Position numbers and translations under genes: made by a program. From Pseudovirgaria hyperparasitica (taxonomy: Eukaryota): DNA of 64,000 nt. Location: assembly GCA_010093815.1 (NCBI GenBank), contig ML996576.1. One strand, given 5' to 3'. The notes beneath the pieces were generated by a model. The model did no database searches, was not told the origin of the DNA, and was given only the letters and a program-made list of their open reading frames with translations. Positions 46,956 through 59,519 of the stretch are shown piece by piece; within the stretch, counting starts at the first letter, position 1; each line of letters starts with the position of its first letter.

Positions 46956-48377
46956 CTTTCTATGACGGGGTGTAAAGGATCTAAAGCAGGTGATGATAGA
47001 CCGCTGTTGGCGATGGCATGCTGCGCCGACTTGCGCCTCGAACAAAAGAACAAAGGTGAGGTGCAGAAGTGTGGAATGATCAAACCAGCTGGAAGTAAGA
47101 CAAAGGTTTAGGTGGACAGACGGCCGGACATAAGTAGGTGGATAGGGGGATTCTCTCCGAACGCTATAGAATAAATATATTACATATACTATGAGGACTC
47201 GCAAAGGGGGCTAGTATTGAACAGGAGACGGGTATTGTGTTACATTGGATGCCCGTGACGAAACACACATCAGATATCTAGTGTAGGGGTCCTATTGTCC
47301 TCTTGATCCTTCAGCATCACATTTCCACATCGAATCTCTCATGTCTTAAGCGTGATGCTGCGCGCCGGCGTTTTCTCGGCTCGATCGAGACCCACATTTT
47401 TCCCCGGTCCAAACTGTCACTGGACGGATGATTGGACTTTGGAAACCTGAAATACCAGGCCTCAATCGGACTAACGTTCCTCTTAGTTGTAAAATGTTGT
47501 CTGCCGGTCATGATGCTTCAATACAAAGAGACTCTTCGCTAGCTCAATCTATGAAGACCTGTCGTCTCATTATACCAGTCTGTTTGTAGCAATCATCAAT
47601 CGACATGGCACTCTCCCACGACATCTGTTCATATATTGATTGCGTCGGGCATATTTGCTCTCTGCCGGCCACCACCACCAACCCAATCTCGGTTCCAAGA
47701 CCATCCTGCGTGAAAATAGGTAGACTTGTCAGTCCAAGTATAGATGCTTTTGTAGACGCCGTAATGGCAAGATGGGTGTGCCTGCGGGCAGACAGTGTTA
47801 TTATCCCTAGGCTTGCTTTGTTTGCGCCATATTTATACTTCTTGGAAGCAAACACAAAACACGGACCATCCACGTGTTAGACGTGAATGAATGACGTTGA
47901 AACACAAACACTTCATGTAAGCTGCGAGGAGTTGGATTGAAGGCAGAAGCACTTGAATAAATAGAAGACGCACCGCCGCACGTGAATGGGCCCGGAATTT
48001 GAGGCTGATAGTTGCCTGATTTAAGGCTGCAGGACCTAGTGCCTCGGAATACTGCGGATATACTCAGGAACTCGCAGGTTCATAGTTCCAAGGAACAAAG
48101 GACACCGAACAACGTGGAGCCGCTGCCTGTTGTTCCTCTACAACAACTTGTTATTCACAAAAAAGGCTCCACCTTCAGAGCGCGCTTCTACCCTTATATA
48201 ATACGACCACCACCCATCGACTTTGCCTCTTCAAACCCCAAAGCAGACGGACCATCCACGACCATCCGCACGCCACTACTAGAGCTATAAAGACCCCACC
48301 TCATCCACTCTACAACTCCTACTACATACATACACACACACACCACAGTCGTCTACAACAACGCCACATACCTCAAA

Positions 48378-49044
48378 ATGGCTGCTGCAGACTCTACTGA
48401 GAAGCCCTTCGTGCTTATTGAAACCTCTGATGGCATTGAGATCCGCGTCGGTTCGTGCGCTCCACCCGCCACCAATTAACCGTCGCTGACATGTCCTCTA
48501 GACCGTGAAGTCGCTGAGCGCTCTGTCCTCATCAAGAACTTGCTTGAGGATCTTGGCCCTGAGGCTGCCGAACAGGGCGCAATCCCTATCCCCAACGTAC
48601 GTTCCATCACCACTTGAACCACTCCGACGCCACTTACAAATCTCTAGGTCAACGAGGCCGTGATGAGGAAAGTGCTCGAATGGTGTGAACAGCACAAGAA
48701 GGACCCTCCCGCCGCTGCCGACGATGACGCCGACAACCGAAAGAAGACGACAGACATTGACGAATGGGACCAGAAGTTCATGCAGGTCGACCAGGAAATG
48801 CTATTTGAGATCATCCTCGCCGCCAACTATCTCGATATCAAGGCTCTGCTCGATGTCGGATGCAAGACTGTCGCGAACATGATCAAGGGCAAGTCGCCTG
48901 ACGAGATCCGCAAGACTTTTAACATCCAGAACGACTTTACACCAGAAGAGGAGGACCAGATCCGCCGTGAGAACGAGTGGGCGGAAGAGTAGGTTTCTCA
49001 AAGATGCAATTTATCCAGCCATCTGACTGTGCTACAGCCGCTAA
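48378..49044 (+). CDS. SKP1: SCF ubiquitin ligase adaptor Skp1 (SconC), 4 exons
   Basis: Introns 48451-48501, 48597-48647 and 48989-49037. Motifs [46 protein letters not shown] and [10 protein letters not shown]. Confidence 0.97.
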
Positions 49045-49592
49045 CTGAACTTTCTTTTCGTATTCCCCACCGGCTCGGTCTATCAGTGTTCGGAAATCAA
49101 GACTGCCTCTTCTCTCATGGATGGCTCAGAGAAGAAGGCTACAAGGTGCATGCTTGTACGGATGGGTTGCACAATGGTGTTTTGGGTTTATTACGTGGGA
49201 TGCATACGATGCTATTCTGATGCTCGTCTTGCAAACAATAGCAGGTTACTGGTTACAGGTATATTCCCCTCTCGGCATAAGATGATGCGGGCAATTAGCT
49301 AGTTAGACCTGAAAGCCTGTTGACAGGAGCATTACTTAGCCCTATACGATGAATGATTTGCAAGTCTTTTGGGTGTATCAACTATCAACTACTCTGTTCC
49401 GAACATGGCCAATGACTCTCAAGAGCTTCGATGTCACGGTCGTATCGAAGCAATATATATTTTGTTCTCGTTTCCAAAGAATATTTCAACATACGTACCT
49501 AAAGCACGCAACACTTACACTCAAGCCATTACAACCCAGCCCTCGCCTCAAATACTCATACACTCTATACACTGCACACACACCCCAATCCC

Positions 49593-51410
49593 TCACAGCG
49601 CACCCCCAACAACACTCACAATCCACATCGCCACCCGCACCTTCAACCCAACCTTCCTCTCCGCCTTCTCAAACTCTCCACTCTCTACCTCCCGCGCATG
49701 CTCCTGCAACCACTCCACCTCCTCACCCAGTCTCCGCCTCAACCCCTCATCCCGCGCCACAACAACCACATTCGCCTCCAAATCCAGCCCATAGCTACGC
49801 TTCGTATAATTCGAGCTCCCGATCAGCGTCAGGCAAGGATGCTGTGATTCACGCGGCAGCGTGAGCCAGAAGCCCTTTGCGTGGTACGTCCAGCCGCCAG
49901 GCGTGTTTACTGTGCCGAGCTGCCACTCCTTGAGGGTGATGTAGGGGGCGAGCCCGGCGCGGCGCACGCGGTCCGTGAAGCGGCGCGCTAGAAGCGTGTA
50001 TGCGGCGGGAAGCATGCCGGAGATGCCTGGGGAGTTGAAGAAGCCGTTTGCGTGTGGGTGCGCGGTTATGATTGTTGAGGCGTGGGGGCGGGTGGCGAGG
50101 AGGGCGCGGGAGATGCGCGGGGAGGGGTTGAAGTAGCCGGCTGTGAAGGTCCAGCGGGGGGAGGTGAGGAGGTCCGGAGTTGATGGGTCAGAAGGAGAGG
50201 GAGAGATGAGGGAGAGGATTTTGAGGAGGGTGGGTTGTTCGGTGGATGTGTCGGGGGAGAGGATTGGGGTGAGTTGGAGGAGGGGGTAGATTAGGGATGA
50301 GGTTGGGGAGGAAGGGGGTGGTGGAAGGGAAGAGGGTTTGAGGAGGGGCGCGAGGAGGGCGGTGGAGGTTGATTTGAAGGTTGAGGGGGAGGAGATGGGG
50401 GAGGGGGAAGGGTTGGATGATGGCCATGTCATGGTGTATCCGGCGGGTGTGTCGGGGGATGGCTGGATAAGAAAGCTGAGGCTGCTGATGGTGTGGTGGA
50501 TGCGGTGGAAGTATTTGGTGATGTCGGGTGAGGAGAAGATGTGGTATCGATCCTGGCGATTGGTGAAGTAGTCGTCGGATAGGTTCGCGCCGGACATGCA
50601 CAGCTCGTCGTCGATGCCATAAAGCTTCATGTGCTGCAGGCCCCATCCTTCGTTAATGCGTAGCGGGATGAGCTTTTTGCGAATCCCTGTGAGATTTGGT
50701 GTGTGGTACATGCGTATCTCAACACGTTCCGGCCCAAATTCAGTGACGAGAGGAGCGAGTAAGGATGCGCATGAGGCATTGGGCGTCTCTCTCGTGCCAC
50801 GGAGTGCATCGGTCAGAAATGAGACTTTGAGCTTCTCGTTTTTCTGGAGAGCTCCGCGTATGGTAGCAATCTATCAGGGAATTAGCAGTGTAACTCATGG
50901 GAGAGATTATGCTTACAAGTTCATGTTCTGTCTTGCCGATGTACAGGGTTGATAAGTATATACGGTTTTTTGCGTTCGATATCTTGGTCTACTTTACATC
51001 AACAGTTAGCTGCCATGCTAATACAAGCATTCAGGAAGCTGCCGCTACAATGAAGTAGATTATGAAACTATATCCATGTAGTAAAGCGTCTGATTCGGCA
51101 AAACGACTCGAGAGCCCCTGAACCCGCATTGAAAAGAGATGCTGACCTTAAGAGTTTCATAGAACTCGGTAGGAGAACGCAAGATTCTGATATCGGAAGG
51201 CTGTATCTCAAATCGAGGTGACACTTTATCAAGCTCCTCAGTTATCACACCTAGCATTGAAGCCTTCGATGGCGAAGGTGACGTAGGCATATCTGAGGAA
51301 GTCGATGTTGAAAATCTTCTGGTTGCCTTGAATCTTCTCGGCGATATCATTCGCGCTTTTACACCGCTACTTCGAGTAGATGCCCGACAGAATACCGTGC
51401 GTACTATCAT
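49593..51410 (-). CDS. PGS1: Mitochondrial CDP-diacylglycerol:glycerol-3-phosphate 3-phosphatidyltransferase (PLD superfamily), about 3 exons
   Basis: Presequence-like N-terminus (start could instead be 51425). Motifs SPTEFYETLK, LTDALRGTR, GWGLQHMKLYGIDD, SGANLSDDYFTNRQDRY, WTYHAKG and GSSNYTKRS. Confidence 0.93.
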
Positions 51411-51598
51411 GTCTAAACATGTCATATAAAGGTCAATGGCCGTAGAAGTGCATAAGTCTCAAAGTCGTAGAACCTCATGGAGTGCCATGTCGATTATGTC
51501 ATCAGAGCTCTGACCACTCGGTCCTTCCTCCCAGATGATGATATCGAACTTCAAAGGACTCGTCTTTAGCGACAAATCTCCACTCACTCGTCGCAAAG

Positions 51599-52384
51599 AT
51601 GTCGACAATACTAAGAACTCTGCGGAATCTCCGCCGGATCGGTTTCAAGGTATGCCGCACCAATGTGTAAGATTCAATTACGCTAGCTAACGCAATCATT
51701 TCATAGGAATACGGACACCAGATGCAGGTACGATGCTCGACAACTCAATCAGTATACACCATATACTAATTACTGGTTCTTACACGTAGAACATCGGTCA
51801 GTCACAAGGTCACGACAGGAAGAGCTCGCTCTGACACATTGCAGGTGATACAAAGGCAGGAACTCTCATCGGCAAGGACAGATTCGGGAACAAGTTCTAT
51901 GAGAATCTTGAGGAAGAGCTGCCATGTTAGTGTTTGCTTCAACCTATGCCACTCAGACATTAAACCATTCTTCAGTGCGGACACGATGGGTGGACTATAA
52001 GGAGCATGAATTCGACCCGTAGGTTCTGTCTACGACGGACACGCCTTACGGCAGTACTGACTGCATTTCCCAGTTCACAGATTGAGCCAGGCTGGTATGT
52101 CTGATTACAATTCCTCTACATCCCACAATTTACATGAGGTACCAGGCACGCGTGGATGTCCTACATGGTCGACAAACCTCCAACCCACGATCCCTTGATG
52201 CAGGTTGGACAACGTGTCTGGGAGCCAAAGGAGCACAGGCCGACATTGACATGGAGTCGTTCTGGATTCAAGACATATAGCACGTACGTGGGAATCCTAT
52301 TTGGGGAACGACTTACACTGAAACGATCATAGAACGAAGCATAAGTACTCCGCTTGGGTACCGGAGGCTAAGCCTCGCCAGTAG
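51599..52384 (+). CDS. NDUFA12: NADH:ubiquinone oxidoreductase subunit B17.2/NDUFA12, 8 exons; absent from the ORF track
   Basis: Seven GT..AG introns splice to MSTILRTLRNLRRIGFKEYGHQMQNIGDTKAGTLIGKDRFGNKFYENLEEELPLRTRWVDYKEHEFDPSQIEPGWHAWMSY...KYSAWVPEAKPRQ*. Confidence 0.93.
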
Positions 52385-53216
52385 GTGGCTAGGAGGAAAT
52401 ACATACATAGTCTGACCACCAGATGTACATAGAAGCGAAGAGCCTGTACTACAATCTACACCGATGTCGGAAGTCAGAGAACGTGACGCAGAGCGATTAT
52501 GATTGAATCGCTAATGTTACCTGTAGACAGATGGACGTACGTGAGGCCAAGCAATCAATCTACAATGATGTCCAGTACCAGCCAACTTCTGATTCGTCCA
52601 GAGACTCGACTATGATGGCCTGCCTGTCTACATTGCAGTAATGCAGCTGCAAGGTATGAAGCTGTCTGTGGTCAATAACCGATCAAGTCCAGCCGCCCCC
52701 CCGCACGACTCGACTTATCAGCAGACTCGCATTTGTGTCTTTTGTCATCATTGACCGTATCACCATAATTCCGACACCAGGAATAACAGTGACATTCGGG
52801 CGGTAAATAACAAGAATAACTTCACACAATAGTCTGAGCGTTTATTGTTCATTTGCTCAGCAATCCTCCGCCTCCTGTTTTTGTCGTTCGGGCAATGAAA
52901 CAGTGGCCAGCACGGGCCACAGTGGGCCAAACGTCCCAAACGTCACCAGGGAAGCTTGTACATCTCGATGCTTAACGTGCATGGCGACCGTTGAGAGCCC
53001 GATAATACCCTTGACAACAACAAAAACCTTTCCTGCGCGCCAGATCCACCACTGCAGCCAGTCTCCTCTGCGAAGTCGCTTCCATCACATCCTCACACAC
53101 ATACCTCAACATCTTGTGGCTGCTCCTGCCATATGTGCCCCTCCGCTCGCTCATAACATCCACCCGAGTGCTCATGTCGACTGATCCCCGCTGAGAGCTT
53201 GGGAGAATCGGAGGAC

Positions 53217-56200
53217 ATGTTCGCCCAATGCAAGTCGCCCATCTGGAGGGCTGACGATTTTACAACATGCTTTGAACAAGAGTAGGTCGAAAGTCGTCTA
53301 ATTGGTATTCTGATTGCTGATACCACTGTTCTAGCTATCTCCATGGCCTGTTCCCTCTGATCGTGTGCGCCACCTCTCTACTATATCTATGCAAACAGAT
53401 ATACGAAACAGCTGGGAAATCAAGATCACATAAGTTCTACAAGCCACTTGACGGCACTGTATCTCACGCTGAGCCAAATGGAAATGGCACCTATGACGAC
53501 GATACCGATACGGACGATTACGACTCCAATGAAGAGCTCGCCCTGGCAGCAACCGCAAGCCATGTCACAAGGAACTCTATCATCGAAGTAAACCGGCCAC
53601 GAGGCGAGCTGTTTATCGTCGCACTTGAGGGGCTAGCCGTTCTCGGCGAGCTCGCAATACATATCACAGCGTTTGTGTATCACGCTTGGCGTGGTACAAG
53701 TAACGCCGCAGGTATTGCTGGAGTTGCTGTGTGGACATATGTCGCAATTCTGGCTTCATTGCGTCTGCTATTCTCCAGCTCAAACAGATTATCGTTTCCC
53801 AAGCTCTGGTATCATACAGCGTTCATATATGGTGCCCTCTGGCTTCTCACCGTCTTGCTCTTCCGTTCGGCCATCATCCACCCTCGCTCGAATCTTTCAC
53901 GTAACCTGACCATAGCCGATTTTGCCATTGTGACTTTACTAGCTACAATCGCATTGACCACTCGAAAGGAAAACAAAGCTGTTAAATTGGAATATGAGAA
54001 TGGTCTGGAGCCGTCGAAAGAGCAGGTGGCCAGTGTGCTGTCTCTCGCAACATTTTCATGGGTCGATGCGATTGTATGGAAAGGCTATACGAAAACGTAC
54101 GAGATGGAAGATGTCTGGAACTTATTGCCCAAAGATAAAGCCGCGGCCGTGTTAGCAGATTACCGAGCTGTAAAGAAAACAAATGCACTTGCGTGGCACT
54201 TACTCAAATACTTCAAGAGAGGTTTATTAATACAGGCTGCCTGGGCTGTTGGTTCTGGATTCCTCACGTTCGCGCCTACGCTTCTCCTGAAGGTTATACT
54301 GGAATACGTAGAACGACCAGATGAGACTCCAGTGAATGCTGCTTGGTTTTATGTGATCCTGCTTTTCGTTTCCGGCTGCGCTTCAGCCCTCGCTGATGGC
54401 CAAGCTTTGTGGGTCGGCCGGAAAGTTTGCATCCGCCTCAAAGCTGTCATCATTGGTGAGATATATGCCAAGGCCTTGAAACGCAGAGCTGCGTCCGGCA
54501 CAGACAAGGTCCTAGGAGAGGCGAATAAATCCTCTGGCGCTGATAGCAAACCTAGCCGCTTGAAGCGTGCATTCACATGGGGCAAGAAAAAAGCCAAAGA
54601 CAATGTCAAGACCCAGGACGCGTCTACCGCTGCGGCCGACGCAGCAGCAGCGGATGCTCAGGTCACATCTGGCGCGATCATCAATTTAATGGCGGTGGAC
54701 TCTTTCAAAGTGGCTGAAATTTGTGCCTATCTGCACTTCCTTTGGGCGAACACTCCAGTTCAGGTTGTGCTCGCTGTTTATCTCCTGTACAAGATTATGG
54801 GATACAGCTCGATAGCGGGTATTGGGATGATGGCTCTGCTCCTCCCAATCAACCTGTTCATCTCCAAGCGATTCGCATCTATTCAGAAGAAGATTTTAGC
54901 CGCCACGGACAGCAGGATTCACACCACAAACGAGGTACTGAGCAATATTCGCATAATCAAATTCTTTGCATGGGAGCAGCGCTTCATTGGAATGGTGGAC
55001 GACAAACGAGACGTGGAGCTGAAGCACCTACGCCATCGATACATGTGGTGGGCTATTGCAGCTACCGTCTGGTCTGGAGCGCCGATTCTCATCACTTTCC
55101 TTTCATTCTTTGTGTATACAGTTGTTGAAAAGAAGGATCTCGTGCCATCGGTTGCGTTCACGGCGCTCTCTCTGTTTCAGATCCTGCGCATTCCTCTTGA
55201 TCAGCTTGCTGACATGGTTGCGCATGTCCAAGAATCGAAAGTCTCCACAGACCGTATCGAAGAGTACCTGAACGAACCGGAAACTGACAAGTACAACCAG
55301 TTGGCAAAAACCGAATTCGACGATGAAGGCGAGCCCCTTATTGGTTTCAACGAAGGTACCTTTTCTTGGGGAAGCAAAGAAACGGACGAGGCCTGCGACG
55401 TTTTCAGACTGCTGGATCTTGACATCGAGTTCAAAGTGGGTCAACTGAACGTTATTGCTGGCTCAACTGGCTCAGGTAAATCTTCTTTATTGATGGCATT
55501 ACTTGGTGAAATGACCCTTATGAGGGGAGCTGTACGTTTGCCCGGTGGGCGCAGCAGAGAAGAAATGAGACAAGATCCAAAGACAGGACTCTATGAAGGA
55601 GTTGCATATTGTGCGCAACAAGCCTGGCTCGTGAACGACAACATCAAGGAGAACATCGTTTTCGCAAGCCCCTGGAATCCAAAACGATACAAGGATGTCA
55701 TTGCAGCATGTTCTTTGCAACGGGACCTGGAGATACTTGATCAAGGCGACCAGACCCTTGTTGGTGAGAAGGGTGTGACCCTCTCCGGTGGGCAGAAGCA
55801 GCGCATCTCACTTGCACGTGCGCTTTATAGCAGGGCCCGTCACGTCATACTGGACGATGTGCTGAGTGCAGTGGACTCCCACACAGCGAAGTGGATCTTT
55901 GAAAAGGCATTACTCGGACCGTTGATGTATAACAGGACTTGCATTCTGGTGACACACAACGTCGCTCTATGTTTGCCGCAAGCTGAGTTAGCTGTCGTGC
56001 TTGACAATGGTCAAATAGTCGCCCAAGGAACGCCAACTGAGGTCATTGATTCTGGCAAACTAGGCGAAGATCTGACTGCATCCCGGCCTGCGTCGAGAGG
56101 CCCGTCTAGGGTTCAATCGACCATTGTTCCGGATCATCCAGAAGAGGATACTCTTGGTGAGGCCAGCCTTTCAATGCTTGATGCTAGCCATCATAGAGGT

Positions 56201-58516
56201 GATCATCCGGGACGCCGCCACTCTAGCACTTCGCAGGTCAGAGCGCAAGGCTCAGAAAATACTTTCCTTCAATCAAATGACAAATCCGCAAAATCAACCA
56301 AGACGAATTTACCGGAAGAGACTAAAGCAGTCGGCGGAGTCAAGATTCGAATAATTGCTCTTTATTTACGTGCTATGGGAGGTTTCTGGTTTTGGTCATT
56401 CGCTGTCTTGGTCTTCGCGGCACAACAAATTGCTTCTGTTGCTACCAACGTCTGGGTGCGAGAATGGGCGACAGCTTACCTGCCTAAAGAAGCTCGTGTC
56501 ATGAATATCGAGAATCAAACACCTGTCACACACGTTGGAGGTATCAGCAGTATGGGGTCTTGTCTAAGAAGTGGTACCTGCGTGTGGAACTTGCCCTTCT
56601 TCATGACTAAGACGGATACCTTCAGCATTGCATCCGATATGGAAGTCAACGCTGGATACTATCTGGGCATCTACGCACTACTTGGTATACTCTTCATGAT
56701 CATCACACTTTCCAGGGAGGCTGTTCTCTTTGAGGGCTCCCTAACAGCCTCTAGAAGGATCCACACTCGTTTGATAGAGAGCATCACTCACGCCAAATTC
56801 AGATTCTTCGATTCCACTCCTCTAGGGCAGCTCATGAATCGTTTTTCCAAGGATATCGAGTCTGTCGACCAAGAAATCGCACCTGTTGCCATTGGTGTCA
56901 TTCATTGCATGGGATCAATTCTCACTATCGTTGTCCTCATCTCCATTATCACGCCCGGTTTCCTGATTGCGGGCGCTTTTATCAGTGTTCTCTATTTCTT
57001 CATTGGCAAATTTTACATCAACTCATCAAGAGACCTGAAACGTCTCGAGTCGGTACAGCGCAGCCCTATCTATCAGCAGTTTGGAGAATCTCTCTCAGGC
57101 ATGACCACTATCCGTGCTTATGGCGACGAGGCTCGCTTTATACGCGACAATCTAACAAAGATTAATACTCAAACTCGGCCATTCTTGTACCTATGGGCTG
57201 CAAATCGTTGGCTCGCGTTCAGGGTTGATGTTGTCGGCGCCATGGTCTCTTTCTTCTCTGGCACCTTTGTCATTCTCAGTGTCGGCAAGATCGATGCTGG
57301 TGCGGCTGGTCTGGCTTTGACGTACGCTGTGACTTTCACTGAGAACGTTCTCTGGTTTGTCCGCCTCTACTCTTCCAACGAGCAGAATATGAATTCAGTG
57401 GAACGTATCAAAGAATATCTCGACGTCGAGCAAGAAGCAGACATGATCACCGAGACAAAGCCACCCGTTTCCTGGCCATTAAAAGGGTCGGTAGAATTCG
57501 TCAATTATAGCACTCGTTACCGACCAGATTTCGATACGGTTCTGAAGAAGATCTCTTTGAAGATCCTGCCGGGCGAAAAGGTCGGCGTTGTTGGCCGTAC
57601 TGGTGCTGGTAAAAGTTCCCTGGCACTAGCTCTGTTCAGGGCGCTCGAAGCAGAGGAAGGGAAGATTCTTGTCGACGATTTAGACATCGGTCTGTTGGGT
57701 CTACAGGATCTACGTCAGAATATCGTCATGGTTCCCCAGGACCCGACTCTTTTCTCTGGTACCATCCGCAGTAACTTGGACCCCTTTGGTGTCTTTACGG
57801 ACGAAGAAATTTTTACCGCACTACGACGTGTTCAATTGATCGGATCAACTGCCACCAGTACGGCTTCCACCACACCCTCGTCACCAACGGTCGCCGCAAA
57901 TGAGAGTGACGACAGCAGTGATGAGAGCGATCGCCTGACCACAAGACGTATGTCTGTGATTGCTACAACGAATCCCGGCAGTATTACATCGCCCTTTCAT
58001 CCGGATGCATCTGATGTATCGGATGCTACGATTGTGATTCCCGAGTCTCCTACTCCTGACAATCCGATCCGGGTGAAGGGCGTTAAAGAGAATAAGAATC
58101 TTTTCCTAAACCTCAACTCGCCTGTCGCAGAATCCGGTACTAATCTTTCGCAAGGCCAGCGGCAATTGCTGTGCCTGGCTCGGGCATTACTTAAAAATCC
58201 GCAAGTCCTCCTCATGGACGAAGCAACAGCATCTATTGACTATGCAACGGATGCGAAGATCCAAGACACGATACGAGAATTGAAGAGCACCACAATCACG
58301 ATCGCACACAGGTTACAAACAATCATCGACTATGACAAAGTTGTCGTCATGGACAAGGGCTCCATTGTACAATGTGGCTCGCCATGGGAGTTGATCAGTA
58401 ACAAGGAGGGTCAATTTAGAGACATGTGCGTCGCTGCTGGCGAAGGCGAACTTGAGATATTGCTCAAATTAGCGAAGAGAGCACACATGGCGCGGAAACT
58501 GGTAGACGATGAATAG
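53217..58516 (+). CDS. ABCC/MRP-type ABC transporter (Ybt1/Bpt1-like vacuolar bile-acid/organic anion exporter), 2 exons
   Basis: Intron 53282-53334 after MFAQCKSPIWRADDFTTCFEQD. NBD1 has GSTGSGKS and LSGGQKQR; NBD2 has GRTGAGKS, LSQGQRQ and DEATAS. Two TMDs plus an N-terminal TM extension. Confidence 0.95.
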
Positions 58517-59519
58517 GGTGCTGGGGGAAAAGGGTACGCGTATACAGCATGTTGTGAATAGAGGCCGGAGAGAAAGCGAAAGACGGGCCAACCTCGTTGT
58601 TTCCTTCGATGGCGGTCTTGAGTGTTTTTTTAGCGTTTTGCACGAGTCCAGTGCTTTTCCTTGTTGTCAACGGTTCGTCGGACTCAATGGCTTCTCGCCG
58701 CACTTTTTCTTCTGTCATTATTTCCCACAAAGCCTTCTTGGCCATTCTTTTCTCTTGGGTTGGTAGGTAGACAAAGCGAGATATTGGGTTGTCGAAACTG
58801 TACATATATATATAATACGCAGATGACCTGATCGATACAGCCTGGGTGATTAGTTTTCCACGTGAAGTCCTTTTATTAGAAATTATATGTGATGGCACAT
58901 AAGGTTTATGATGGTGCATGCAGAGTTCGCACATTAATTAACGAACTCTTGTATGAGACATGCTTAATAAAAGCCACACAGCCTGGGCGTCGAGGTTGAT
59001 ACGAACCGCGTATTCTGACGTTTGCAGTTTGTAGACGTCAGATCGTCAGATCGTGAAATCCCGTCGTTCATGGATTCTGGTATATGTATCGATCGGGCTG
59101 GGGCTGAGAATTTGACCGATCAAGGCAAGGTCCTTGGGCGTTCAACGGAGGAATCCAGACTGGTCGAATTCGACCAAAGAGTTGCCACCATTCCCTATCC
59201 GTCGCGGATATGCAGACTAACATACCTCACATATCAGCCTTGCCTTTTATATGTATAGCAGCGGAGCGCAGGCGTTCACGCACAGCGTTATTGGTGTATC
59301 AAATGCGAGCAAATCGATAAAGGCAACTGAGATCCTGCAGATCTAAATGCATGCCAAGGCACTATGTGTTCTTGGATGAGCACCACTCCCAGAGTGAATA
59401 CAGAGCCGCAAGACTGACGATGCTAGGGAACTATAAATTCATCCCCTTGTGACATGTCCAAGGCTTCGCTACCCAGGTGCCAGTACAACGCATAGACCGG
59501 TTCGACTTCGCAAACGACC

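Noticed and set aside
59495..59515. GGTTCGAC resembling a tRNA T-loop/B-box
   Set aside because: Flanks do not form a T-stem or cloverleaf.
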